Under the pieces are notes generated by a model. It was not told where the DNA came from. It saw nothing but the letters and a program-made list of their open reading frames with translations, and did no database searches. The position numbers and the translations under genes were made by a program. DNA of 64,000 nucleotides. It comes from Akkermansia muciniphila (GTDB lineage: Bacteria; Verrucomicrobiota; Verrucomicrobiia; Limisphaerales; UBA9464). This document shows, in pieces, positions 37,122 through 47,515 of the stretch. The stretch spans positions 31,863-95,862 of the forward strand of contig CAMDGV010000006.1 in NCBI GenBank assembly GCA_945898055.1, in the 5' to 3' direction. Within the stretch, counting starts at the first letter, position 1, and the number at the start of each line of letters is the position of its first letter.

Positions 37122-37907
37122 ATGGACACTGGGCTGACCTCCGCCGCCACTCTTCCGCCGTTGATCTCTGGCACCCTCTATCTGGTGGCCACTCCCATCG
37201 GTAACTTAGAGGATATCACTCTCCGCGCCCTCCGAGTGCTTAGGGAATGTGATGTGGTCGTCGCCGAAGACACCCGACACACCGGCCAATTACTGACTCA
37301 TTTTGGGCTGCGCAAACCCTTAATTAGTCACTTTCGCTTCAATGAGGCCAGACGCGCTGTCGAAATTCTGGATCGATTACGGCGCGGAGAAAAGGTCGCG
37401 CTGGTCACAGATGCAGGCACCCCCGGCATCAGTGATCCTGGAGAACGCGTCGTGGCGGACGCCATTGCCGCCGGTCTCCGAGTGGAAGCGATTCCAGGAG
37501 CCTGCGCTCTGATTGCCGGGCTGACGGCCAGCGGACTGCCTTCCGCTGAATTTCATTTTGCGGGATTCCTCCCACATAAATCTGGCCAACGGCTCAAACG
37601 ACTCGAACACCTCGTCAAACTACCGGGCACTTTGGTGCTCTACGAATCTCCCTTTCGAGTGGAGCGGTTGATGGAAGAACTGACTCGCACGGTTCCTAGT
37701 CGCCGGGTCGTTCTGGCTCGAGAGCTCACCAAGAAGTTTGAAGAATGGATACGTGGGACTCCCACTGAACTCAGTGCGGAATTGGCGAGGCGACCACGAA
37801 AGGGTGAATTCGTCGTTCTCATTGGACCTGACTCTTCCATCACCTCGGATCCCACCTCTCCAGCCTTAGACGTTAACGAATCCAGCGAGTCTTCTGAGAT
37901 CATTTGA
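37122..37907 (+). CDS. rsmI: 16S rRNA (cytidine1402-2'-O)-methyltransferase.
   Basis: GTLYLVATPIGNLEDITLRALRVLRECDVVVAEDTRHTGQLL, DAGTPGISDPG, IPGACA and YESP.R form the tetrapyrrole-methylase-fold RsmI signature. There is an acidic/Ser-rich C-terminal tail. Confidence 0.9.
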   Translation: MDTGLTSAATLPPLISGTLYLVATPIGNLEDITLRALRVLRECDVVVAEDTRHTGQLLTHFGLRKPLISHFRFNEARRAVEILDRLRRGEKVALVTDAGTPGISDPGERVVADAIAAGLRVEAIPGACALIAGLTASGLPSAEFHFAGFLPHKSGQRLKRLEHLVKLPGTLVLYESPFRVERLMEELTRTVPSRRVVLARELTKKFEEWIRGTPTELSAELARRPRKGEFVVLIGPDSSITSDPTSPALDVNESSESSEII

Positions 37908-38142
37908 AGGAGAGTTAGAAATTTTTCTTATTCTTTCGGTTCGCAACGATTGCACCAAAAATGACCAGCCTCGACATTCCAACCCGAAAGAGGGTTCAGA
38001 GATCGATTTCACCGTGAACTTTTAAATTCTATTCTGCTGCTTGGCTGGTTCAGTGGCTTGCGCAGGAAATTGGCGCTGTTAATCTGACGGCGCCGTCTGG
38101 GAACCTTTTAACCTGTCCCCACCGACGATACACACTTCAATT

Positions 38143-38766
38143 ATGGCTCACGAACTCGCTCCACTCCCTTATTCCAAGGACTCCCTCGAACCGCACATCG
38201 ACGCTCTAACGATGGAAATCCACCACGGCCGGCATCACAAGGCTTACGTGGATAACTTAAACAAAGCAATTGCTGGTACGCCATTCGAAGGGCTTTCTAT
38301 TGAAGCTCTAATCGCCGACATTTCCAACGTCCCAGAAAACATCCGAGGTCCGGTTAGAAACAATGGTGGCGGCCATTGGAATCACACCTTTTTCTGGAAC
38401 ATCCTCGCCCCAAATGCGGGTGGTATTCCAACCGGTGAATTAGCAGAGGCGATCACGGCCAACTTCGGATCATTTGCCGACTTCCAAGCTAAGTTTGAAG
38501 CCGCCGGTGTGGGGCGCTTCGGTTCTGGTTGGGCTTGGCTCGTCCTCCAGGGTGGCAAACTCGAAGTCGTCTCGACCGCCAACCAAGACAACCCGCTGAT
38601 GGGCAAAGCGATCGCTGGAGTCGAGGGGAAGGTCCTTCTTGGAGTCGATGTCTGGGAGCATGCCTATTACTTGAAATACCAGAATCTTCGTGCTGGTTAT
38701 CTAAAGGCGGTCTGGAATTTGGTGAACTGGTCCAGAGTGTCGGCACTTTACGCGGCATCTAAGTGA
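38143..38766 (+). CDS. sodA: Fe/Mn-family superoxide dismutase, with Mn-type signatures.
   Basis: [48 protein letters not shown] and [15 protein letters not shown]. The GGGH and NQD blocks resemble MnSOD rather than FeSOD. Confidence 0.9.
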   Translation: MAHELAPLPYSKDSLEPHIDALTMEIHHGRHHKAYVDNLNKAIAGTPFEGLSIEALIADISNVPENIRGPVRNNGGGHWNHTFFWNILAPNAGGIPTGELAEAITANFGSFADFQAKFEAAGVGRFGSGWAWLVLQGGKLEVVSTANQDNPLMGKAIAGVEGKVLLGVDVWEHAYYLKYQNLRAGYLKAVWNLVNWSRVSALYAASK

Positions 38767-38800
38767 TTTTGCGAAACTGATTTTGCCGAGTCACTCAACA

Positions 38801-38832
38801 GGGCCGCTTCGATTTCGGGGCGGCCTTTTTTG
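38801..38832 (+). terminator. Rho-independent terminator after sodA.
   Basis: The GC stem ggccgc ... gcggcc is followed by tttttt. Confidence 0.7.
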
Positions 38833-38877
38833 GAACTCAAGAGACCGACGCCGAAACTCCGAAGAAAAAATAACCAG

Positions 38878-38909
38878 CAAAAAGGGCCGTTTTCCTAAGA
38901 AAACGACCC
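38878..38909 (-). terminator. Rho-independent terminator after tRNA-fMet (minus strand).
   Basis: The minus strand reads gggtcgttttc ttag gaaaacggccc ttttt, an 11-bp stem including one G-U pair followed by a T-run. Confidence 0.65.
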
Positions 38910-38915
38910 TGAAAG

Positions 38916-38992
<77 letters not shown>

Positions 38993-39079
38993 GTCCGATG
39001 GAAGGGATAGGTTATTTCTTGAGGTCGAATCCGACAAGCAACATCTTCAAAAATTTGCGAAATCTTTTATTTCTGGCCT

Positions 39080-39979
39080 TCAAGCTCGACCTAAATTTTT
39101 CAGGATTTGGAGGGTCGAGTGAAACTTATTGAGCGTGTAAAAATGTACCCCAGGCGCCCCTTCCCGGAGTAATTCTTCGATTTGCCGAGTGCAATACTCG
39201 ATCCCGAAGGCCGTGACCGCCGCATCGTCGTCACCCAAGGCCTCTAGTTGGTCTAGGAAGGGAGTTGGCAATCGCGCCCCACACATCGCTGTAAACCGTT
39301 TAGTCTGATTACGGGAAATGACTGGCAACAAACCTGGAATGATCGGCACCGTAATCCCCATTTTATTGACCAGATAATCCCGAAAACGGAAGTAGTCGCT
39401 GTTGTCAAAAAAAAGTTGAGTCACCACAAACTGGGCCCCTTGCCGGATCTTGTGAGCGAGATGCTCCCAGTCTGCTTCACGACCAGCAATTTGAGCGATA
39501 TGCCCCTCGGGAAAACCGGCGGTAGCAATACTCATATCCGGAAAGGTTTTTAGAAAAGCAACCAGCTCCGATGAGTACTGAAATCCTCCTTCGGTTTTCA
39601 CCCAATCTCCCGTCCCACCCGGAGGATCCCCCCGCAACGCTAAGATATTTTTAACTCCCCGTTTTCGTGCCTCTTGGATTACCTCCGATAACTCATCCCT
39701 CGTTGCATTCACACAGGTCAGATGCATCACCGTAGTTAAGTCAAAATCATCTTGGATCCGTTTCACCATCCCCAGCGTTTTATCGCGAGTCGAACCACCG
39801 GCCCCGTAAGTGACTGAACAGTAATCCGGATTGGCGGCGGCTAATGTCGGGAGCGTCTTCGAAAAAAGCACCGATTCGCCTTCCTCCGTTTTAGGCGGAA
39901 AAAACTCGATCGAAAAGGAAGGACGCCCTCGCTTGGCATTGTCGCGATGAATCTCTGGGACGGACCGGATCATGTTCAA
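39080..39979 (-). CDS. metF: 5,10-methylenetetrahydrofolate reductase.
   Basis: FSIEFFPPKTEEGE, SVTYGAGGSTR, HLTC, NILALRGDPP and a QLFFD block. Confidence 0.9.
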   Translation of the reverse strand: MNMIRSVPEIHRDNAKRGRPSFSIEFFPPKTEEGESVLFSKTLPTLAAANPDYCSVTYGAGGSTRDKTLGMVKRIQDDFDLTTVMHLTCVNATRDELSEVIQEARKRGVKNILALRGDPPGGTGDWVKTEGGFQYSSELVAFLKTFPDMSIATAGFPEGHIAQIAGREADWEHLAHKIRQGAQFVVTQLFFDNSDYFRFRDYLVNKMGITVPIIPGLLPVISRNQTKRFTAMCGARLPTPFLDQLEALGDDDAAVTAFGIEYCTRQIEELLREGAPGVHFYTLNKFHSTLQILKNLGRA

Positions 39980-40117
39980 ATCCTGCCCTAAATTTAACCT
40001 GAAGCAAGTATCGAATCAACGGATCAAGATTCGTTGATATGAAATATAAAAGGTCTCTAAATCAGATTGAGGATGCCTGTGCTTGAGTTGGGGTCTAGGA
40101 AAGTCTAGCACGAGGGA

Positions 40118-41482
40118 ATGACACGACGCCGTTTTATTGAATCCAGTGCCGCTGTATCCGCTTTGGCCTTTGTTCCAACCACCTTTGCCCAAGACCGTCC
40201 GCTCCGAGTAGGGCTCATCGGCGCAGGTTGGTACGGAAAGGGAAGTTTGTTACGAGCCCTGCAAGTGGCCCCCATCGAAGTGATCTCTCTGTGCGATACG
40301 GATCGGGTCATGTTGGCCGAGGCGGCAAAGTTGGTCTCCCAACGGCAGAAATCCGGTCAGACGCCACGAACCTATGCGGATTTCCGTCAAGCCATTGCAG
40401 CCAAGGATGTTGATGTGATGATGGTATCTACCCCGGATCATTGGCATGCAATTCCAGCCATTGCGGCGATGCAAGCGGGGATGGATGTCTACTGTGAAAA
40501 ACCAACAGGGGTCGACATCATCGAGAGCCAATCGATGTTGGCCGCAGCCCGAAAATACAATCGGGTGGTTCAAGTGAATACGCAGCGGCGGAGCACCCCG
40601 CATTTGATTGAGGCCAAGAATGAGATTATCGCCTCAGGGAAGCTCGGGAAGATCATCAAGGTTGAGACTGGGGTCTGGTGGCATATGAGAAATCGGGACA
40701 CCTTAACTACTGCCCCCGATATCGCCCCGCCGGCGTCGCTTGACTATGATCTCTGGACTGGGCCCGCTCCGATGCGACCGTATTGCAAAATCAATCATCC
40801 ACGCGGTTGGCGTTCTTTCAATGAGTACGGCAACGGGATTGTCGGTGATATGTGTGTTCATATGTTAGATATGGTCCGTTGGCTGCTCGATTTAGGTTGG
40901 CCGCAGGAAGTGACTTCCTGGGGAGGAATTTTGAATGATCGCCAAGCCCGAGCGAATATTAGCGACACTCAAACGGCGGTGTTTAAATTTCCCGAATTTG
41001 ATGTGACATGGAATCACCGGACTTGGGGCCGATCCCCAGAGCCCGATCCCGATTTTCAGTGGTTTGGGACGATTCATGGTGAGAATGGAATCTTGAAATG
41101 TGGGGTTTTTCGTTATGAATGGATTCCTAACGGAGCATCTAAGCCGGAGAAAAGTCGCAAGGCCTTGCTGGAGTATGCGACGTATCCAGAAGACGAAACC
41201 GAAAAGGATCTCGAACGTCATGTCGCCTCGGCCATGCGAGGGCATTGGAGAAATTTCCTCGAAGCACGCCAAAAGCGAGGACTGATGCGGCCCGTGGCAG
41301 ATATTGAGCAGGCGCATATTTCGAGCAGTTCCTGTTTTCTCGCTAATCTCTCTATGAAACTGGGGCGATCTCTCAAATGGGATCCCACCACCCACACGGT
41401 ATCCGGGGATGCGGAAGCCAATCGCCAATTGATGCGACCCTACCGAGGACCTTGGGTCCATCCGACCCCTGCAACGGTCTAA
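40118..41482 (+). CDS. Gfo/Idh/MocA-family oxidoreductase with a twin-arginine (TAT) signal.
   Basis: MTRRRFIESSAAVSALAFV (RRxF TAT motif), LRVGLIGAGWYG (Rossmann fold) and EKP in VYCEKPTG. Confidence 0.85.
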   Translation: MTRRRFIESSAAVSALAFVPTTFAQDRPLRVGLIGAGWYGKGSLLRALQVAPIEVISLCDTDRVMLAEAAKLVSQRQKSGQTPRTYADFRQAIAAKDVDVMMVSTPDHWHAIPAIAAMQAGMDVYCEKPTGVDIIESQSMLAAARKYNRVVQVNTQRRSTPHLIEAKNEIIASGKLGKIIKVETGVWWHMRNRDTLTTAPDIAPPASLDYDLWTGPAPMRPYCKINHPRGWRSFNEYGNGIVGDMCVHMLDMVRWLLDLGWPQEVTSWGGILNDRQARANISDTQTAVFKFPEFDVTWNHRTWGRSPEPDPDFQWFGTIHGENGILKCGVFRYEWIPNGASKPEKSRKALLEYATYPEDETEKDLERHVASAMRGHWRNFLEARQKRGLMRPVADIEQAHISSSSCFLANLSMKLGRSLKWDPTTHTVSGDAEANRQLMRPYRGPWVHPTPATV

Positions 41483-41521
41483 GGGGCACACGGATCAAGG
41501 CGCGCGGTCCTGCTCTTGATC

Positions 41522-43621
41522 CTACGGGCTGGGGTCAAGCGGAAGTGCTTGATTGGAAACTCGAAAGAGAGCGAGACAAGCGCGCGCGGTTGCGGGATCG
41601 TTCAGTGGGATGATCCCAGAGGTCAATCGGGCAGTCGGTTGACCTGATCTTTCCACCGGATGGAAGGCTGTTTCTGAGGCAGCATAGTCGCTAAATGTCG
41701 AATATCCTGCCGTTTGCAATTGGGCTCGATTGATAAGGCGTAACAAACCGTGTCGCCCCGGAGCAACAAAGCGCATCAGCTCCAGAGTCAGTCTTCCCAT
41801 GGTATAACGAGGATTAATCTCCACTACAGGCTTCATCCGCATCATTCCAGCTTCACGATAGAGGAATGCATCAATTCCGATCGGGCCGTGATAGCCTACA
41901 GCGTCGAGTTCCTTTCCAAGATGCTTTCGGATATGGTCGAAAACTTGATGAATCCACAAAGGATCACGGCCACGGAAAGCCTCCAGTACCGCAGTGGGTG
42001 GACGTCGATCGAAGCACGGTTCGGCGGCATTGGCTCGGAATTGGCCGCGGTGATCGGTGTGGAGAACGGCATATCCAACCCAGCGAAGTTCGCCCAAGCC
42101 TTTCTCGAAATGAACAGAAAAGTCAGCGGTTCGTTCCAACCACGGCTCAATCACCACACGACCACCCCGCCGAAAAGAGGCGCTGATCCAACGTCGTTGA
42201 GCTTCGGAAAGTTCCGGTTCCCAGAGTCTCAGTGCATTTCCTCCGGCGAGACCTAAAGCACGTTTAATGACCACCCGATGGTGACCTCCACCGCGGAGGG
42301 CTTGGACAGCGTCGAGGGCTTGGTCGAAAGAGTCAGCGATGGTGCCAATTTGATCCGGACGATTCAGGAACGATGGGGGCGCGATGTCCTTAAGTTGGGG
42401 ATACAGCTTGTGAAAGAACTGAGCACTCCAGTCCTTAGCAAAGAGGGGGAATTGTCGAACCAACTGGTCCTTGGAAGGAGTAGGGACAGTCCCCGTGACA
42501 CTGGAACTAAGGGAATGAAGACGCTGAAAAGAGTCCGGTGCCCAAGCCCAAGGTCGCAGTTCACCCACCTTCCGTGAAACCAGAGACTGAGCGTCATTGA
42601 TCCGAATAAATTCTGGGACGGGCAAACCGGCCAACCGCAGAGAACTCAAAAAGGCGGGCGACGGTACTTCAGGTACTAGGACGATATCGTCGTCGCCGCC
42701 GAGAAACTGAGGAAGAGAGGAGAGATCGGCGGTCAGTTGAATTTGTGGAAGACTTAAAGTAGGCGGCCTGACCTGGTCGATAGACGCCTCGGCCAGTGGA
42801 TTAAAGAGGAAGACACGAGGTGTTCGACCCTTGGAACGAGAAAAGGTTTGTAGCCGTTGAATGAAATCGTCGTCCAAACCCGCAGCCCGGCGGCCCGCAG
42901 CATTGAGTGTATCGCCCCGCGCTCGGCGGGGCGAGAGAGGGGGCCGGAGTGCTTGAGTAAACGCATCCCAATCACTGTGTTGGGGATTCTTCCAACGACG
43001 AAACCATTTTAACCCATGGGCGACATGGGCGATTTCATCTCGATAAATACGATCGAGAAGATCGGCTGTGGCGGTGTCGCCAACTTGGGCAAAACCCTGC
43101 GCAAAGTCGCGTGAAAAATCGAGATTTGCCTGTTCAAAGGTGAGACTGAGTCCGGAGACGAAATCCATCGGACAACCCATCGGAGAAATACTGCGCCAGA
43201 AATAACCACTCAACGGCAAATCACCGAAATGGGTACCACATTCTTGCATACGACCGAGGTAAAGACGGAAGTGTTCCTGTTCATCTTGCAGGGTTTTCAG
43301 GATTCCACGACGGAATGGGATGGGAGCATCAGGAAAGCGAAGGAGCACCAAAGCCATTAGTTCGGTCGCCAATAATTCGTGATTGGCAAAGAAGTGTAGA
43401 ATCCGGCCGCGCCCCAATTCCGAGCCTAGCCCCGCAAGCCCGGGGAAAGTTGATCCACCCTTAGCACACTCCTTAAATTTCAAACCGATGGGACGACTGG
43501 GAGACTCTGGGGCGTCCAATGAGAGACCGGGCCGCTCGTCAGTAATGACTCCCGGTCGGATCAGTTTTTCTTCAAGGCTGGTGCCGAATACAATCCGTTC
43601 GGCGAGTTCGCGCAACTCCAT
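41522..43621 (-). CDS. Fusion protein: an N-terminal DUF455-like (ferritin-like/diiron-type helical) domain plus a C-terminal ATP-grasp-like domain.
   Basis: The N-terminal LHFFANHELLATELMALVLLRFPDAP..FRRGILKTLQDEQEHFRLYL...IYRDEIAHVAHG resembles DUF455 (E..H pairs). The C-terminal HHRVVIKRALGLAGGN...GPIGIDAFLY...KPVVEINPRYTMG resembles the ATP-grasp C-terminal fold. Confidence 0.55.
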   Translation of the reverse strand: MELRELAERIVFGTSLEEKLIRPGVITDERPGLSLDAPESPSRPIGLKFKECAKGGSTFPGLAGLGSELGRGRILHFFANHELLATELMALVLLRFPDAPIPFRRGILKTLQDEQEHFRLYLGRMQECGTHFGDLPLSGYFWRSISPMGCPMDFVSGLSLTFEQANLDFSRDFAQGFAQVGDTATADLLDRIYRDEIAHVAHGLKWFRRWKNPQHSDWDAFTQALRPPLSPRRARGDTLNAAGRRAAGLDDDFIQRLQTFSRSKGRTPRVFLFNPLAEASIDQVRPPTLSLPQIQLTADLSSLPQFLGGDDDIVLVPEVPSPAFLSSLRLAGLPVPEFIRINDAQSLVSRKVGELRPWAWAPDSFQRLHSLSSSVTGTVPTPSKDQLVRQFPLFAKDWSAQFFHKLYPQLKDIAPPSFLNRPDQIGTIADSFDQALDAVQALRGGGHHRVVIKRALGLAGGNALRLWEPELSEAQRRWISASFRRGGRVVIEPWLERTADFSVHFEKGLGELRWVGYAVLHTDHRGQFRANAAEPCFDRRPPTAVLEAFRGRDPLWIHQVFDHIRKHLGKELDAVGYHGPIGIDAFLYREAGMMRMKPVVEINPRYTMGRLTLELMRFVAPGRHGLLRLINRAQLQTAGYSTFSDYAASETAFHPVERSGQPTARLTSGIIPLNDPATARACLALFRVSNQALPLDPSP

Positions 43622-43803
43622 GCTTCGCGGAAGACTCTACGGGGTCCAGCGTCCGGCTGAATCTTTTTTCGCAGAATTCTGGACCGAAGACACTGGGATT
43701 GAATCACGTCTTAAACCCATCGAATCGAGGAGAATCTGCCAACGAATCAGCCAAAAAATACCACTTTACTTGGAGAGATTAGAACCTCTTCAGGTGGCGC
43801 CCC

Positions 43804-44817
43804 CTACGGCAAATAGTGTAATGCTTCCACCTGTGCGTCCGCTGACGTCCGAGACCCGAGAAGATAAGTGTTGGTTGCCCTCAGTGTTTCCCCCGACTTC
43901 AGCAAGGCCGAGGGGCCGAGGGTTTCTAATTCGACGTAGTCTGCTTCTCCGCCGTTGGTATAAAGTTCCACTCGGCAGCCTTCATCGAGGGGCTTTGCCA
44001 AGGGTGCTGCCTGATTGGTAAGACGCCGCTTTATCCCTCGCGGAATGGTGTCTGGAAATTCAGTCGACACCTCAATTTTCAGAACATCTTTCGTTCCAAC
44101 CCAAACAATCTTCTTCGAATCATTGCCAATTTTGTAACTCCCCTGTGGCTCGCGCCGCATCGAAACCAGACCGTCCTTCACCCGAACCTTATCTGGTGGG
44201 GCCTTCCACTGAGCAGACCAACCGTCAACAAAAGCAGGGTTTTCTGATGCCATAAAAAACACCCGATCTGGATCCTTTAATTGTGTAATAACCCAGACCG
44301 CCATCGGCATCGGATCACCGGAGAGTTTGTGGTAAATCGTATCAATACTCATGCGCGCCGCATTGGGAGCCAATCGAATGCGACGCTCGGTCACTATGCC
44401 AAACAGAGGGCTCACCGGTGATGTCATCACAACCGAATTTTCCTCGATTTTAGCAGCTAATCCGACTCGATCGAAGACATCTGGCGGAGGCCAGTTCCAA
44501 GCGGACTGCGGTGCTGGCCAGGTCTTGTCGCCGCCGAAACTTCCGACCGCGGTTCCCCATGGATCCAGAGGCATTGATTTACCTAACATCTGGGGATTCT
44601 CCCAAAACACCCCCGGTCGATCCTTCAATCCAAATTGCATCACCCGTCCAATCGAAGGAACAATCACTACCCAACACAGGTGATTTTCCATGCGGATAGC
44701 ATCCGACCACCCTTGGTAGGGTTCGCCCCTAATACGGACTCCGGAACCGATTTTTGAAACACACCCAGCCAGTGGTGCGAAGACGGTCGCAAGTTTGATA
44801 AAATGTCGTCGATGCAT
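43804..44817 (-). CDS. Hypothetical exported protein (TAT-like signal plus lipobox).
   Basis: MHRRHFIKLATVFAPLAGC carries an RRxFIK motif and a LAGC lipobox. No family recognised with confidence. Confidence 0.55.
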   Translation of the reverse strand: MHRRHFIKLATVFAPLAGCVSKIGSGVRIRGEPYQGWSDAIRMENHLCWVVIVPSIGRVMQFGLKDRPGVFWENPQMLGKSMPLDPWGTAVGSFGGDKTWPAPQSAWNWPPPDVFDRVGLAAKIEENSVVMTSPVSPLFGIVTERRIRLAPNAARMSIDTIYHKLSGDPMPMAVWVITQLKDPDRVFFMASENPAFVDGWSAQWKAPPDKVRVKDGLVSMRREPQGSYKIGNDSKKIVWVGTKDVLKIEVSTEFPDTIPRGIKRRLTNQAAPLAKPLDEGCRVELYTNGGEADYVELETLGPSALLKSGETLRATNTYLLGSRTSADAQVEALHYLP

Positions 44818-45033
44818 TAAAAGACCCTCCTCAATGGGCTCTCCCTCTTCAACTTATTTGCATTAGGTCGGAGGGTGATCAACACAATTTGACGGCCCCA
44901 TGGCTAACGGGGTTTAGGCAAGATTCTCGGAGAGATTCCTTCACGGTAAGCTTTCCCCCGTCTCAGGTGAGAGCGATAGGGGCTTGCCAGTCTGCCATGT
45001 GTGTCCAACTATTAGGTCTCTGAACCATTCAAT

Positions 45034-47397
45034 ATGAACACAAAATTACTCCACGGATTGGCAGTCGCAGCACTCCTGCCTCTCTTGAAGTCAGTGCCCG
45101 CTCAGGACGTGGCAACCGGACCTATCCGCGGCCCATTTTGGTCGGGAACGGTCATGCGAGCCAAGGGCGGCGGGGCAGCGGCAATGAAAGGTCTGGCCAT
45201 TAATCTCGGCCCAGATAAACGCAATCATGTGGTCTATGATCTCGATACCCTCCGACTCTCTGTGGCCTGGATGGGTGATTTTCTCGAATTTGGAAACACC
45301 CTCACCAAGATTGAATGGCCCCCTCCCCCCTCGGTCAAGGGCACCAATATCGTGTTCGACACCGCCATGGGCCCAGGTTGGGCTGATGCCTCTGGAAATT
45401 TTTCTGACCCACGCGATCGTCAACAGGGGCCACTCCCAAAAAACTGGGCTCATTATGAAGGCCTCTATCGGCACGGCGATCAGGTCGTTCTCAAATATAC
45501 CGTCGGGAACGTCGATATTCTGGAGAGTCCCTCCCTGCTGAAGTCAGGCGATCAAACTGTCTTCATTCGTACCGTACAACCCCTCGCCGCTCTTAAAAAG
45601 GCGAGTATTGTGGTCGCCTCGGTTAATCCGACTTTAGAACCTAAGATCAGCGCCAATTCGTTTAGTCTCCAGGATCCGAGCAAAGGCACCTTCTTGGCCG
45701 TTACCGTGGATGGACCGGTTCAAGGAACCTTCCAAATGGAAAAAGGCCAAGTGGTCTTTACCGTTGCGAATGCTAAGGCGGGTGACGCATTTCGACTCAG
45801 CGCGGTTACCGGTTCAGGCACCCCAACCCTGCCCGTCTTGACGGGTAAACCCGCTGATTTACGCAAACTAACCAAGGGCGGTCCGGCCCAGTGGGCGGAG
45901 ACGGTCACCACTCAAGGTAAACTTGATACAGGCGGTGGCGATGGGAGTTACGTGGTCGATACCTTGACCGAACCCTTTCCCAATCCATACCGAGTTAGTA
46001 CCTTCATCGGAGGCTTTGATTTTCTTCCCGACGGCCGGGCGGCAGTCTGCACTTTCCACGGAGATGTCTGGATCGTCTCCGGCATCAACGCCACCTTAGA
46101 GAAGCTGACTTGGAAACGCTATGCGACCGGGATGTTTCAACCGCTCGGATTGAAGGTCGTGAAGGGCGATATCTATGTAGCGGGCCGAGACCAGATTACT
46201 CGCCTAAAGGATTTGAATGGCGACGGTGAAGCCGACCTATACGAGAACTTCAACAACGACACCGTGGTCACTCCGAATTACCATGAGTTCGTTTTGGATC
46301 TCCATACTGATTCCAAGGGGAATTTTTATTATGCCAAAGGTGCGCCGTGGGAACCGGGGGTCACTTCACCGCATCAAGGCACCATCCTAAAAGTATCGGC
46401 TGATGGTAAAAAAATGGAAATTTTTGCGACCGGTTTACGGGCACCTAACGGAATGACCGTAGGCCCTGACGACACGGTGTTAGTGGGTGATAATCAAGGG
46501 CATTGGATGCCCTCTTCAAAATTGAACTTGGTGCGGCAAGGTTCCTTTATGGGTATGGTCCCATCCGCTCAAAAAGAGGTGACTCTTAAATACTCAGATG
46601 GGCGCGAAATCCGGCTGAACCCCAGTGATCCGGCGGCCCGAAAAGCGAATGGGCTCAAGGGTTGGGATGGAGCGATGCCAATCCCGACAACCTATGATCA
46701 ACCGATTGCTTGGTTGCCGATGCGCTGGGATAATTCCAGTGGAGGCCAAGTTTATGTGACCAGTGACAAATGGGGACCTTGGAAGGGATCACCTCTTTTT
46801 ATGAGCTACGGCAAGGGCCTTTTGTATGGAGTCTCGATGGATACCGTCGACGGCACGGTTCAGGCTTCAATGGTCCCCTTTGGATTAAAGTTCCAAAGCG
46901 GCATTATGCGCGGCCGATTTAGTGAAAAAGATGGTCAACTCTATGTGGCTGGATTGAAGGGTTGGCAGAATGCAGCAACACGGGACGGCGGTATTTATCG
47001 AGTTCGCTACACCGGCAAACCGGTTCGTCAGGTCTTGAAGGCGCATGCGGCCAAGAATGGTCTACAATTGAGCTTCAGTACCGCCTTGGATCCAAAAATT
47101 GCCGTCGATCCAACCGGCTATTCGGTGGAGGTTTGGAACTATAAATACAGTGGCAGCTATGGCTCTCCCGAGCTCTCCGTCAAAACAGTTGGTAAAAACG
47201 GCCATGATAAACTCGAGGTGAAGTCGGCAAAGCTCTCGGCTGATGGCAAAACGGTGTTCCTCGAAATCGACGGACTCACTGTCGCCGATCAGTTTAGCGT
47301 GAAGTACACAGTAAACGCCGCAGACGGTGTCGAAATGAGATCAGAAGTCATTGGGACGATCCATAAGTTAGGGGCCGAAATAACTCAACTTCGTTGA
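45034..47397 (+). CDS. Secreted beta-propeller protein of the PVC 'membrane-bound dehydrogenase-like' class, with no heme motif.
   Basis: It has a signal peptide (LLHGLAVAALLPLLKSVPAQD) and propeller-like blocks (FLPDGRAAVCTFHGDVWIVSG; ITRLKDLNGDGEADLYENF; GLRAPNGMTVGPDDTVLVGDNQGHW). No CxxCH motif is present in the sequence. Confidence 0.6.
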   Translation: MNTKLLHGLAVAALLPLLKSVPAQDVATGPIRGPFWSGTVMRAKGGGAAAMKGLAINLGPDKRNHVVYDLDTLRLSVAWMGDFLEFGNTLTKIEWPPPPSVKGTNIVFDTAMGPGWADASGNFSDPRDRQQGPLPKNWAHYEGLYRHGDQVVLKYTVGNVDILESPSLLKSGDQTVFIRTVQPLAALKKASIVVASVNPTLEPKISANSFSLQDPSKGTFLAVTVDGPVQGTFQMEKGQVVFTVANAKAGDAFRLSAVTGSGTPTLPVLTGKPADLRKLTKGGPAQWAETVTTQGKLDTGGGDGSYVVDTLTEPFPNPYRVSTFIGGFDFLPDGRAAVCTFHGDVWIVSGINATLEKLTWKRYATGMFQPLGLKVVKGDIYVAGRDQITRLKDLNGDGEADLYENFNNDTVVTPNYHEFVLDLHTDSKGNFYYAKGAPWEPGVTSPHQGTILKVSADGKKMEIFATGLRAPNGMTVGPDDTVLVGDNQGHWMPSSKLNLVRQGSFMGMVPSAQKEVTLKYSDGREIRLNPSDPAARKANGLKGWDGAMPIPTTYDQPIAWLPMRWDNSSGGQVYVTSDKWGPWKGSPLFMSYGKGLLYGVSMDTVDGTVQASMVPFGLKFQSGIMRGRFSEKDGQLYVAGLKGWQNAATRDGGIYRVRYTGKPVRQVLKAHAAKNGLQLSFSTALDPKIAVDPTGYSVEVWNYKYSGSYGSPELSVKTVGKNGHDKLEVKSAKLSADGKTVFLEIDGLTVADQFSVKYTVNAADGVEMRSEVIGTIHKLGAEITQLR

Positions 47398-47418
47398 CCT
47401 AAGCTTTCATTGGTTGCG

Positions 47419-47456
47419 ACGCCCAGAAAGACGTTTTGTCGTTCTGGGCGTTTTTC
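47419..47456 (+). terminator. Rho-independent terminator.
   Basis: A 10-bp stem (acgcccagaa / ttctgggcgt) with a 13-nt loop is followed by ttttt. Confidence 0.75.
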
Positions 47457-47515
47457 GCCTCTATCTTTAGATGAGATCCGTTGACCTAGTTCCATTCAAT
47501 GGATCTGATTGAACA

